A stretch of DNA of 33,270 nt from an uncultured Bifidobacterium sp. (GTDB taxonomy: Bacteria; Actinomycetota; Acidimicrobiia; Acidimicrobiales; Acidimicrobilacustridaceae), in contig CAYOHV010000001.1 of the NCBI GenBank assembly GCA_964403825.1, forward strand, positions 1-33,270, written 5' to 3'. Positions 11,021-20,074 of this stretch are shown piece by piece (the stretch's first letter is position 1; each line of letters opens with the position of its first letter). A program made the translations under genes and the position numbers. The notes under the pieces are model-generated. The model saw only the letters and a list, made by a program, of their open reading frames with translations. It was not told the DNA's origin and did not search any database.

Positions 11021-11857
11021 CTATCGGCGTGAACCGCGTGTGCGGCGTCGACGGACGATGAGTTTTTGTGACGGCTTGTTCTTGTCACGGGTACGGCCTT
11101 CGGGCTTGCCCCAAGGCGAAACGGGATGACGACCACCGGAGGTCTTACCTTCACCACCACCGTGGGGATGGTCGACCGGGTTCATTGCCACACCACGAGT
11201 TTGTGGGCGGACACCCTTCCAACGGTTACGGCCCGCTTTACCGATCTTGATGAGTTCATGTTCGGAGTTGCCAACCTCACCAACGGTGGCGCGGCAATCG
11301 ATCGGAACACGACGCATTTCTGTTGAAGGCAAACGCAAGGTGGCGTAATCGCCTTCCTTTGCAACGAGTTGCACACTCATACCGGCTGAGCGCGCCATCT
11401 TGCCGCCACCACCAGGTTTGATTTCAACGTTATGGACGACAGTACCGACAGGGATATAACGCAACGGAAGTGCATTACCCGGACGGATATCGGCGCCTTG
11501 GCCGCTTTGCAGAATGTCGCCAACTTCAACACCCTTCGGATGAAGGATGTAGCTCTTTGCCCCATCGTGATAGTGAAGAAGTGCAATACGACATGTGCGG
11601 TTTGGGTCGTATTCGATAGCGGCAACCGTTGCGGGTACGCCATCTTTTACACGACGAAAATCGACGAGACGGTAACGCTGCTTATGACCGCCGCCCTTAT
11701 GACGAGCTGTCTTGCGACCGTAACTATTACGACCACCAGTTGAATGCTTGGGAACAACCAGCGAACGCTCGGGCTTGTCCTTTGTGATTTCCGCAAAATC
11801 GGAAACCGTCTGGAATCGACGACCGGGGCTAGTTGGCTTGCGCTTACGAAGTGCCAT
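11021..11857 (-). CDS. rplB: 50S ribosomal protein L2
   Basis: [24 protein letters not shown]. Confidence 0.98.
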   Translation of the reverse strand: MALRKRKPTSPGRRFQTVSDFAEITKDKPERSLVVPKHSTGGRNSYGRKTARHKGGGHKQRYRLVDFRRVKDGVPATVAAIEYDPNRTCRIALLHYHDGAKSYILHPKGVEVGDILQSGQGADIRPGNALPLRYIPVGTVVHNVEIKPGGGGKMARSAGMSVQLVAKEGDYATLRLPSTEMRRVPIDCRATVGEVGNSEHELIKIGKAGRNRWKGVRPQTRGVAMNPVDHPHGGGEGKTSGGRHPVSPWGKPEGRTRDKNKPSQKLIVRRRRTRGSRR

Positions 11858-11863
11858 TGTTCC

Positions 11864-12154
11864 TTACCCTTCGAACAATTCGATTCGGTCGCCAGCGGCG
11901 AGAGTGACAAATGCGCGCTTGGAACCAGTTTGTGCACCGAATGTTCCGGTACGACGGTTGCGCTTGCGCTTTCCATTGCGATTCAACGTGTTCACTTTGA
12001 GAACTTTCACTCCGAAAATTTTCTCAATGGCGTCGTGAATCTCAGGCTTTGACGCATCGGGGTGAACAACAAAGGTGTACACGTTGCTTTCCAACAACAT
12101 GTACGACTTTTCGCTCACAACCGGGCGGATGATGACGTCGCGGGGATCTTTCAT
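11864..12154 (-). CDS. rplW: 50S ribosomal protein L23
   Basis: [25 protein letters not shown]. Confidence 0.96.
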   Translation of the reverse strand: MKDPRDVIIRPVVSEKSYMLLESNVYTFVVHPDASKPEIHDAIEKIFGVKVLKVNTLNRNGKRKRNRRTGTFGAQTGSKRAFVTLAAGDRIELFEG

Positions 12155-12156
12155 TT

Positions 12157-12771
12157 TCAGTCCTCCACGTCCGGCAAGGTTGACTTGCTAAAGACGACGT
12201 AATCGGAAACGAGCACGTCATAGGTGTTCAGTTCCGCAGTTTCGAGAATATGGACATGACCCAAATTGCGGAATGACTTCCATGCGGTCACATCGTCACG
12301 ATCGAGAACCAACAACACGCGGCCTTCAATGCCGAGTGCGGCTAACGCTTCGATCGCGCCTTTTGTTGACGGAGCGGCAAAATCCCATTCGTCAACAACA
12401 ACAACTTTGCCTTCCGCAGCACGATCAGAAAGAGCTGAACGAAGCGCGAGGCGAATCATTTTCTTTGGTGTCTTTTGCGCATATGAACGCGGCTTCGGGC
12501 CAAGGGCCACACCACCACCGATCCAAATCGGTGAACGAGTTGAACCAGCGCGTGCACGGCCAGTTCCTTTTTGCTTCCATGGCTTTGCGCCACCACCAGA
12601 AACTTCGGCACGTGTTTTTGTGCTTTGTGTTCCGGCACGACGCGCCGCTAATTGAGCAGTAACAACTTGGTGCATTACAGGAACGTTGGGCTCAATACCG
12701 AAGTATTCGTCATTGAGTTCAATGGTTCCGGCGTCGGCACCGGCTGCGGTTTTAACCTTCACGCTTGCCAT
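12157..12771 (-). CDS. rplD: 50S ribosomal protein L4
   Basis: [27 protein letters not shown]. Confidence 0.97.
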   Translation of the reverse strand: MASVKVKTAAGADAGTIELNDEYFGIEPNVPVMHQVVTAQLAARRAGTQSTKTRAEVSGGGAKPWKQKGTGRARAGSTRSPIWIGGGVALGPKPRSYAQKTPKKMIRLALRSALSDRAAEGKVVVVDEWDFAAPSTKGAIEALAALGIEGRVLLVLDRDDVTAWKSFRNLGHVHILETAELNTYDVLVSDYVVFSKSTLPDVED

Positions 12772-13418
12772 TACGCCTCACCCTTTCCCTTAACTGCATC
12801 GCGCACGACAACCATTCCGCCCTTCGGGCCAGGAACTGCGCCGCGCACTAAAAGAAGATTCTTTTCTGCATCAGCAGAAACAATGCGCAAGTTCAATGTG
12901 GTGACTTTTTCGCCACCCATACGACCCGACATACGAGTTCCTTTGAACACGCGTGCGGGAGTTGCACAAGCGCCGATCGAACCTGGGGCGCGATGTACAC
13001 GGTGTGCACCGTGTGATGCTCGCTGGCCACCAAAGTTGTGACGCTTCATTGTTCCGGCAAAACCTTTGCCCTTGCTGACCGCCGTAACGTCAACCAATTC
13101 GCCTTCGGCCATTGTGTCAACGTTGATTTCTTGTCCAACTTCGAAACCGTCGATGTTCTCGAGTCGTAACTCAAGAACGCGCGCACCAGCAGTAACGCCA
13201 GCCTTTTCGAAGTGACCGCGATCTGGCTTATTCAACTTGCGCGGATCCTTTTCACCAAAGGTCACTTGCAACGCGTTGTAGCCATCGCTTTCGACTGTCT
13301 TGACCTGCACGACGCGCATAGGTGCAACGTGCAACACGGTCACGGGGATAACGCGATTTTGGTCATCCCATACTTGTGTCATGCCGACTTTCTCGCCGAC
13401 AATTGCTTTGTTCGCCAT
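12771..13418 (-). CDS. rplC: 50S ribosomal protein L3
   Basis: [32 protein letters not shown]. Confidence 0.98.
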   Translation of the reverse strand: MANKAIVGEKVGMTQVWDDQNRVIPVTVLHVAPMRVVQVKTVESDGYNALQVTFGEKDPRKLNKPDRGHFEKAGVTAGARVLELRLENIDGFEVGQEINVDTMAEGELVDVTAVSKGKGFAGTMKRHNFGGQRASHGAHRVHRAPGSIGACATPARVFKGTRMSGRMGGEKVTTLNLRIVSADAEKNLLLVRGAVPGPKGGMVVVRDAVKGKGEA

Positions 13419-13637
13419 AACGGCAATCTTTCTGTTGTGAGTTTGCGTCGTTCGCCTTCAAGTTGTTCGAAAACTTCTTTCGGGCCTAGAAGACAATGCT
13501 CGGTATGGAATAACCACACCGAGCGTGCTTCGGTTGTGCTGCGGGGTATCCATAAAAGGACCGTCGCAGACGTCGGTTCGATCGACGAAGAGGTGCAAAC
13601 AGTGGGTCTTCCAAGGGAGAACCCCTGAGAGCACGGA
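13419..13637 (-). promoter_or_regulatory. Long structured 5' leader of rplC (candidate cis-regulatory RNA)
   Basis: About 220 nt between the predicted promoter and the ATG; 11-bp hairpin GCTCGGTGTGG/CCATACCGAGC at 13498-13524 plus weaker stems. Confidence 0.45.
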
Positions 13638-13643
13638 AGGTAA

Positions 13644-13672
13644 AAACTAGTAGGCCAAGCCCTCCGGACCAA
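13644..13672 (-). promoter_or_regulatory. Putative sigma-A promoter for the rplC operon
   Basis: TTGGTC-N17-TAGTTT on the minus strand. Confidence 0.55.
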
Positions 13673-13741
13673 ATTCGGCCCTGGGCAGCCCAAATGAGCC
13701 GTCAAAAGCGGCCTAAATAGCCCTTGTTTTAGACTGAAAGT

Positions 13742-14530
13742 CTAGAGACCCATCCGGCGGGTCACCCCATGGTCACGGCCCGCGGTATAGGCCCCATCGA
13801 CGGCAATGGTCTGGCCCGAGACAAACGAGGCATCGGCCGAGGCCAAAAAGGCGGCCACGGAGGCGATTTCCGATGGGCGGCCCAAACGACGCAATTTATG
13901 TTCTTCCATGACCTCTTTGAGCATGTCGTCATACTCCGGATCGCCCAAAGTGCGCAGCATGGGGGTATCGATAAATCCCGGGCAGATGGAATTCACCCGA
14001 ATTCCCTGCCGGCCGTAGTCGATGGCCATGTTTTTGGTGAGGATGGCCACGCCACCTTTGGAGGCGTTATAGCTACTTCCTCCGGCGGTGCCTTCGAGAC
14101 CTTCCACGCTGGCCACGGTGATGACACTTCCCCGCTCGCCGTCGATTGGGTCTTGTTCCAACATGGCGGAAATGACGTGCTTGCAGGTGAAAAAGGTTCC
14201 GGTCAGATTGATGCCAATGACCGCATCCCAACTTGATTGGTCAACCAAATGAACCGGACCACCGCCCGGAACTCCGGCGAATGTACAAACCGCGTCGATA
14301 CGGCCATAGGTTTTCTTTGCATCATCCACCCATGCTTTAACGGCCGCTTCATTAGTGACATCAACAATGGTGAATGCGCTAGGAGCAACGGCGCCCGCTA
14401 AAGGCGGTTGGATATCCGATCCCACAACCGTGGCGCCTTCGGACAAGAAACGTTCAACAGTGGCGGCGCCGAGCCCCGATGATGAACCGGTTACTAATAC
14501 AACTTTCCCCGCGAAACGATCGCTCGCCAT
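13742..14530 (-). CDS. SDR family NAD(P)-dependent oxidoreductase (FabG-like)
   Basis: TGSSSGLG Rossmann motif, catalytic S...YNASK, IRVNSICPGFIDT, VSGQTIAVDG; SD GAGGGG. Confidence 0.93.
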   Translation of the reverse strand: MASDRFAGKVVLVTGSSSGLGAATVERFLSEGATVVGSDIQPPLAGAVAPSAFTIVDVTNEAAVKAWVDDAKKTYGRIDAVCTFAGVPGGGPVHLVDQSSWDAVIGINLTGTFFTCKHVISAMLEQDPIDGERGSVITVASVEGLEGTAGGSSYNASKGGVAILTKNMAIDYGRQGIRVNSICPGFIDTPMLRTLGDPEYDDMLKEVMEEHKLRRLGRPSEIASVAAFLASADASFVSGQTIAVDGAYTAGRDHGVTRRMGL

Positions 14531-14569
14531 TTCTCCCCCTCAGGTTGTACGCGCACGCGTGGCGTCAAT

Positions 14570-15175
14570 TTAGCCAAGTTCGATGCAGGCCCGCGAGGTT
14601 TTTTTGGCCGTCTCAAATGCGGCATAGGCGGGCAGCGCCGTGATCTGGCCGTAGCTCTTGTTTAAGAATTCTTGCGCTTCAACTACTGATGTCGATTGGG
14701 TTAGTTGCGAAAGGTTCGTTTGCGCTGATTTCACGCGGTTGAGAAATGCATCAGCAAACGGACGTATATCAGTGCGAACTTTTTGCGGATCGAGAATTTG
14801 TGTGGTGCGGGTAAATGACTTTTGCACTGCGTCAATGAAGTCACCAGAAATGCGCACATCATTTGGTTGGTAATTATTGGTGCCCGTTATTTTGTTTTCG
14901 TTACCGAATGATTCAACTAAAAGCCATTGACTGAAACGATCGATTTCTTCTACGGCCCAACAAACTCGACCCACGGCATCGTTGACATCACTTTTATTCG
15001 CCGTGCCGTCGATAAGTGAACGGTTATAACCATCGATGAGTTCTTTGTTTTTGTTATCGATCGCGCTGAGTGTTGTTGTCGTTTGTTGACTGCTCGAAGA
15101 TTTACCGCTTCCACAAGCAGACAAAACAACAATCAGGGCGACAAAAAGCAGACAAAGCAATTTCTTGAACGACAC
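14570..15175 (-). CDS. Hypothetical lipoprotein
   Basis: Basic N-terminus (FKK), hydrophobic core, lipobox LSAC, Ser/Thr linker; no recognisable domain; GTG start with no clear SD. Confidence 0.75.
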   Translation of the reverse strand: MSFKKLLCLLFVALIVVLSACGSGKSSSSQQTTTTLSAIDNKNKELIDGYNRSLIDGTANKSDVNDAVGRVCWAVEEIDRFSQWLLVESFGNENKITGTNNYQPNDVRISGDFIDAVQKSFTRTTQILDPQKVRTDIRPFADAFLNRVKSAQTNLSQLTQSTSVVEAQEFLNKSYGQITALPAYAAFETAKKTSRACIELG

Positions 15176-15225
15176 TTTCGTACTGTCGCATGAATCCCTA
15201 AGTGGTTCGAATTACTTGTCGTACT

Positions 15226-15260
15226 AAAAACAGTCGCCCTTGGAATCCCAAGGGCGACCG
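15226..15260 (-). terminator. Rho-independent terminator after rpsJ
   Basis: CGGTCGCCCTTGG-GATT-CCAAGGGCGACTG-TTTTT on the minus strand. Confidence 0.85.
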
Positions 15261-15313
15261 CTTCAATCTTTATTTTTTCGCTTTCAGTCATACTGAACTG
15301 AAATATTTGAAAA

Positions 15314-15634
15314 TCAGATTTGTTGAATTTTAATTTCGATATCAACACCGGCGGGAAGATCGAGACGTTGTAACGAATCAACCGTCTTCGGTGATGGATC
15401 AAGAATGTCCAACAAACGCTTATGAATTCGCATTTCAAAATGCTCACGCGAATCTTTGTCTTTAAACGGAGAGCGAATCACTGTGTAGCGATGCTTCTCC
15501 GTTGGGAGCGGAACCGGTCCGCGCACCGTCGCGCTCGTACGTACGACTGTTTCCACGATCTTCTTCGTTGATTGATCAACGATTTCGTGGTCGTACGCCT
15601 TGAGGCGAATTCGGATCCGTTGTTTTTCGGCCAT
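15314..15634 (-). CDS. rpsJ: 30S ribosomal protein S10
   Basis: [31 protein letters not shown]. Confidence 0.98.
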   Translation of the reverse strand: MAEKQRIRIRLKAYDHEIVDQSTKKIVETVVRTSATVRGPVPLPTEKHRYTVIRSPFKDKDSREHFEMRIHKRLLDILDPSPKTVDSLQRLDLPAGVDIEIKIQQI

Positions 15635-15669
15635 TTCAGTCCTTAATTTCTTTCGTCCCTGGAAGCCGA

Positions 15670-16562
15670 TTACTTCAGGATTTTGGTGACGCGACCTGCG
15701 CCAACCGTGCGGCCACCCTCACGAATAGCGAAACGAAGACCTTCTTCCATCGCGATCGGGTGAATCAACTCAACGGTCATTTCCGTGTTATCACCAGGCA
15801 TACACATCTCAGTGCCCGCCGGTAACGAAATCTGACCAGTCACATCAGTCGTACGGAAATAAAACTGCGGACGATAATTCGTAAAGAACGGCTTATGACG
15901 ACCGCCTTCTTCCTTCGTCAACACATACGTCTGCGCTTCGAACTGCGTATGAGGAGTAATCGAACCCGGCTTGGCTAACACCTGACCACGCTCAACATCT
16001 TCCTTCTTCGTTCCACGCAACAACGCACCAATGTTGTCACCAGCCTGACCTTCATCAAGCAACTTACGGAACATCTCAACACCAGTACACGTCGTCTTTT
16101 GCGTCGGACGAATACCAACAATCTCAATTTCATCACCAGTGCGAACAATGCCCTGCTCAACACGACCAGTCACAACCGTGCCACGACCAGTAATGGTGAA
16201 CACATCCTCAATCGGCATCAAGAACGGCTTATCAGTATCACGAGTCGGCTGCGGAATATACGAATCAACCGCTTCCATCAACTCCAAAATCTGCGCCTTC
16301 GCCGTCTCATCACCCTCAAGAGCCTTCAACGCAGAAACCTTCACCACCGGCACATCATCACCAGGGAACTCATACTCATTCAACAACTCACGAACCTCAA
16401 GCTCCACCAAATCAAGAAGTTCCTCATCATCAACCATGTCAACCTTGTTCAACGCAACCACAATCGCCGGCACACCAACCTGACGTGCCAACAACACATG
16501 CTCACGCGTCTGCGGCATCGGACCATCAGCAGCCGACACCACCAAAATCGCACCATCAACCT
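15670..16562. repeat. Direct repeat with 32378-33270 (duplicated tuf)
   Basis: No differences seen by eye in the segments compared; ORF-track translations match; offset 16,708 bp. Confidence 0.93.
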
Positions 16563-16860
16563 GCGCCGCACCAGTAATCATGTTCTTGATGTAATCAGCA
16601 TGCCCAGGCATATCAACATGCGCATAATGACGATTCGGCGTCTCATACTCCACATGCGAAATATTGATCGTGATACCACGCTCACGCTCCTCAGGAGCCT
16701 TATCAATATTGGCAAACTCCGTAAACGAATTATTCGCCGGATCAGCATCCGCCAACACCTTCGTAATCGCAGCAGTCAACGTCGTCTTGCCATGATCAAT
16801 ATGACCCATCGTGCCAACATTCGCATGCGGCTTGGTCCGCTCAAACTTCTCGCGTGCCAT
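15670..16860 (-). CDS. tuf: Elongation factor Tu (str-operon copy)
   Basis: [33 protein letters not shown]. Confidence 0.99.
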   Translation of the reverse strand: MAREKFERTKPHANVGTMGHIDHGKTTLTAAITKVLADADPANNSFTEFANIDKAPEERERGITINISHVEYETPNRHYAHVDMPGHADYIKNMITGAAQVDGAILVVSAADGPMPQTREHVLLARQVGVPAIVVALNKVDMVDDEELLDLVELEVRELLNEYEFPGDDVPVVKVSALKALEGDETAKAQILELMEAVDSYIPQPTRDTDKPFLMPIEDVFTITGRGTVVTGRVEQGIVRTGDEIEIVGIRPTQKTTCTGVEMFRKLLDEGQAGDNIGALLRGTKKEDVERGQVLAKPGSITPHTQFEAQTYVLTKEEGGRHKPFFTNYRPQFYFRTTDVTGQISLPAGTEMCMPGDNTEMTVELIHPIAMEEGLRFAIREGGRTVGAGRVTKILK

Positions 16861-16930
16861 TTGTGTCTCCTCTTTCTTTCTCGTCTTTGACGATCAAACG
16901 GTTTGGAATTTTGCGATTGAGAACTGCAGA

Positions 16931-19018
16931 TCATTCACCACGAACTCGGGTGACGATCTCCTCTTGTACGTTCGACGGCATCTGTTGATACGAATCGAAC
17001 TGCATCGTGTACGTAGCTCGGCCTTGGGTCCGTGAACGAAGATCGGTTGCATAACCGAACATTTCCGACAACGGAACTTGGGCACGAATGATTTGCGAGT
17101 TCCCCCGCTGTTCCATACCGCCGAGCTTGCCACGACGGCTGGAAAGATCACCCATGACATCACCCATGTAATCGTCGGGAGTCGAAACTTCGACGTTCAT
17201 AATGGGCTCAAGCAACACGGGCTTGGCTCGCTTAGCGGCTTCGCGAAAAGCCATAGTGCCAGCGATCTTGAAGGCCATTTCTGACGAGTCCACATCGTGG
17301 TACTTGCCGTCAGTAAGGATGGCGCGAACATCAACAGTGGGATAACCAGCCAAAACACCTGAGGTCATGGCTTGTTGGATACCCGCATCAACCGAGGGGA
17401 TGTATTCCTTTGGAATACGACCACCGGTGATTTGATCAACGAATTCATAACCGCCGCCGGGACCAGTGTTTTCCAAAGTAATTGTGACTTCGGCGTACTG
17501 ACCCGAACCACCCGTCTGCTTCTTATGGGTGTAAGTCGAATTTTCGACGGTCTTCGAAATGGTTTCGCGATAAGCAACCTGCGGCTTACCAACGGTTGCG
17601 TCGACTTTGAATTCACGCAACATACGGTCAACAAGAACTTCGAGATGCAACTCGCCCATACCGGAAATAACGGTTTGTGCGGTGTCTTCGTCGGTACGAA
17701 CTTGGAACGTTGGGTCTTCTTCCGCCAATGCGTAAAGAGCCTTCGACATTTTGTCTTGGTCGGCCTTTGTCTTTGGTTCAACCGCAACGTGGATAACCGG
17801 TTCGGGGAAGATGAGTTCTTCCAACACAATCGGGCTTGAAGGATCGCAAATTGTGTCACCGGTCTTGGTGTTTTTGAATCCGATACCAGCAACAATGTCG
17901 CCAGCAAAAACCTGATCGAGATCTTGACGATCGTTGGCGTGCATTTCCAAAAGACGACCAATGCGTTCTTTCGAAGTAGTGCGGCTGTTCATTACCTGGC
18001 CGCCCTTTTCTAACGTGCCGGAATAAACACGGAAGTACGTGAGCTTGCCCACGTGAGGATCGGTCATGATTTTGAAGGCCAGAGCTGAGAACGGTTCGTC
18101 ATCAGAAACTTTGCGCTCTAAGACCTGATCACCGCGAGTTGAGTTTCCTTGAATCGGAGGAAGATCAAGCGGTGAAGGAAGATAAAACACAACTGCATCC
18201 AACAACGGTTGTACACCCTTGTTCTTAAAAGCAGTGCCGTTAAGAACCGGAATGACATCACCAGAAATTGTGGCTTTACGAATTGCACGACGAAGTTCGT
18301 CAACCGTGATTTCTTCTTCACCGATGAACTTCTCTAAAAGATCTTCGTCAACGGTGGCAACTGTTTCGATGAGTTCAGCGCGATATGCATCGGCTTGCTC
18401 TTTCATATCAGCGGGAATTTCTTGTACTTCCCACTTGGCGCCGAGTTCTTCATCGAGCCAAACAAGCGCGTCCATTGTCACCAAATCGACAACGCCCTTG
18501 TAGTTGCCTTCGGCACCAATCGGAAGTTGCAACACGGCAGTGTTGGCTTCCAAGCGATCTTTAATTGAATCAAGGGCGGCATAGAAGTCCGCACCTAAAC
18601 GGTCCATCTTGTTCACGAAACAAAGACGGGGAACGTTGTATTTGTTGGCCTGACGCCAAACAGTTTCCGTTTGCGGTTCCACACCAGCAACACCATCAAA
18701 GACGGCAACGGCACCATCGAGAACGCGCAACGAACGTTCCACTTCGACGGTGAAGTCGACGTGGCCCGGCGTGTCAATGATGTTGATTCGATGTCCTTCC
18801 CAGAAACAGGTCGTAGCCGCGGAAGTAATAGTGATACCGCGCTCCTGCTCTTGCACCATCCAGTCCATGGTGGCGCCGCCCTCATGAACTTCACCGATCT
18901 TGTAGTTCTTACCGGTGTAATAAAGGATGCGCTCGGTGGTAGTGGTTTTACCCGCATCAATATGCGCCATGATGCCGATGTTTCGAGTTTTCTCGAGGGG
19001 ATGAGGGCGTGCGGCCAT
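16931..19018 (-). CDS. fusA: Elongation factor G
   Basis: [31 protein letters not shown]; start moved to MAARPHP (19018). Confidence 0.98.
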   Translation of the reverse strand: MAARPHPLEKTRNIGIMAHIDAGKTTTTERILYYTGKNYKIGEVHEGGATMDWMVQEQERGITITSAATTCFWEGHRINIIDTPGHVDFTVEVERSLRVLDGAVAVFDGVAGVEPQTETVWRQANKYNVPRLCFVNKMDRLGADFYAALDSIKDRLEANTAVLQLPIGAEGNYKGVVDLVTMDALVWLDEELGAKWEVQEIPADMKEQADAYRAELIETVATVDEDLLEKFIGEEEITVDELRRAIRKATISGDVIPVLNGTAFKNKGVQPLLDAVVFYLPSPLDLPPIQGNSTRGDQVLERKVSDDEPFSALAFKIMTDPHVGKLTYFRVYSGTLEKGGQVMNSRTTSKERIGRLLEMHANDRQDLDQVFAGDIVAGIGFKNTKTGDTICDPSSPIVLEELIFPEPVIHVAVEPKTKADQDKMSKALYALAEEDPTFQVRTDEDTAQTVISGMGELHLEVLVDRMLREFKVDATVGKPQVAYRETISKTVENSTYTHKKQTGGSGQYAEVTITLENTGPGGGYEFVDQITGGRIPKEYIPSVDAGIQQAMTSGVLAGYPTVDVRAILTDGKYHDVDSSEMAFKIAGTMAFREAAKRAKPVLLEPIMNVEVSTPDDYMGDVMGDLSSRRGKLGGMEQRGNSQIIRAQVPLSEMFGYATDLRSRTQGRATYTMQFDSYQQMPSNVQEEIVTRVRGE

Positions 19019-19112
19019 CGTCGTTTCCTGTCTGAGGTTCTGGGAGTTGGAAAGGAGCAGTGCGAGTAACACTCGCGGTTGACATGTTTATGTCAGGTAC
19101 TTCAGTTGACGC

Positions 19113-19583
19113 TTACCAGCGATAGTGAGCAAACGCCTTGTTGGATTCAGCCATCTTGTAAAGATCTTCGCGACGCTTAATTGATGCACCAACACCATTG
19201 GAGGCATCTAAAAGCTCATTAGCCAAACGTTCAGCCATCGTGCGTTCACGACGTTGACGCGAATAACCAACGATCCAACGGATCGCGAGAGTGTTGGCCC
19301 GACGAGGACGAACCTCAACCGGAACCTGATAGGTCGCGCCACCAACACGGCGACTGCGAACTTCTAATTGGGGCTTTACGTTGTCGATTGCTCGCTTGAG
19401 CGTCGACAACGGTTCAGCACCAGTCTTTTCAGCAACGATTAAAAGTGCGTCATACACAATGCGTTCAGCAGTTGAACGCTTTCCACGTTGCAAAACTTTG
19501 TTGACAAGTTGAGTTACGAGCACCGAACGATAAATCGGATCGGGCATTAACTCGCGGCGGGGTGCGGGACCCTTACGGGGCAC
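19113..19583 (-). CDS. rpsG: 30S ribosomal protein S7
   Basis: GTG start (M)[32 protein letters not shown]. Confidence 0.98.
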   Translation of the reverse strand: MPRKGPAPRRELMPDPIYRSVLVTQLVNKVLQRGKRSTAERIVYDALLIVAEKTGAEPLSTLKRAIDNVKPQLEVRSRRVGGATYQVPVEVRPRRANTLAIRWIVGYSRQRRERTMAERLANELLDASNGVGASIKRREDLYKMAESNKAFAHYRW

Positions 19584-19584
19584 G

Positions 19585-19956
19585 TCAGCTCTCCTTCTTG
19601 GCGCCGTAACGACTACGGGCTTGCTTACGGTCACGAACGCCAGAGGTGTCAAGAGTTCCGCGGATGATCTTGTAACGAACACCGGGAAGATCTTTCACAC
19701 GACCACCGCGTACAAGAACAATTGAGTGCTCTTGCAAGTTGTGGCCTTCACCTGGAATGTATGCAGTTACTTCCATGCCGGAAGAAAGACGTACACGTGC
19801 AACCTTACGAAGCGCGGAGTTCGGCTTCTTCGGTGTATTGGTGTACACGCGCGTGCACACACCCCGACGTTGCGGGGCTCCTTTGAGGGCCGGGGTCTTG
19901 GCCTTACTTGGCTTTGACTGGCGGCCCTTTCGGACCAATTGCTGAATGGTGGGCAC
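19585..19956 (-). CDS. rpsL: 30S ribosomal protein S12
   Basis: [31 protein letters not shown]. Confidence 0.99.
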   Translation of the reverse strand: MPTIQQLVRKGRQSKPSKAKTPALKGAPQRRGVCTRVYTNTPKKPNSALRKVARVRLSSGMEVTAYIPGEGHNLQEHSIVLVRGGRVKDLPGVRYKIIRGTLDTSGVRDRKQARSRYGAKKES

Positions 19957-20013
19957 GTGTGACCTCTTTGTGAAATCGATTTCGCCGAGAAAAAGCCCCG
20001 ACGAGGAACGGCA

Positions 20014-20043
20014 AGGTTAGGAGGGTTGGCCCATTGAGGGCAA
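20014..20043 (-). promoter_or_regulatory. Putative promoter for the str operon
   Basis: TTGCCC-N18-TAACCT upstream of rpsL. Confidence 0.45.
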
Positions 20044-20074
20044 ACCGCCAGTAAGTAACGAAAAACGAGCGGGC

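Noticed and set aside
13379-13705. 108-aa ORF over the rplC leader
   Set aside because: No SD, overlaps the predicted promoter and rplC start, and shows no recognisable protein features.
13742-15260. SDR plus lipoprotein as a mobile element
   Set aside because: No transposase, integrase, terminal inverted repeats or target-site duplication found.
16099-16890. 263-aa plus-strand ORF antisense to tuf
   Set aside because: Shadow ORF produced by the codon skew of tuf; low-complexity N/R/H/I composition with no motifs.
19585-19956. Streptomycin-resistance alleles in rpsL
   Set aside because: PKKPNS and RVKDLPG are wild type.
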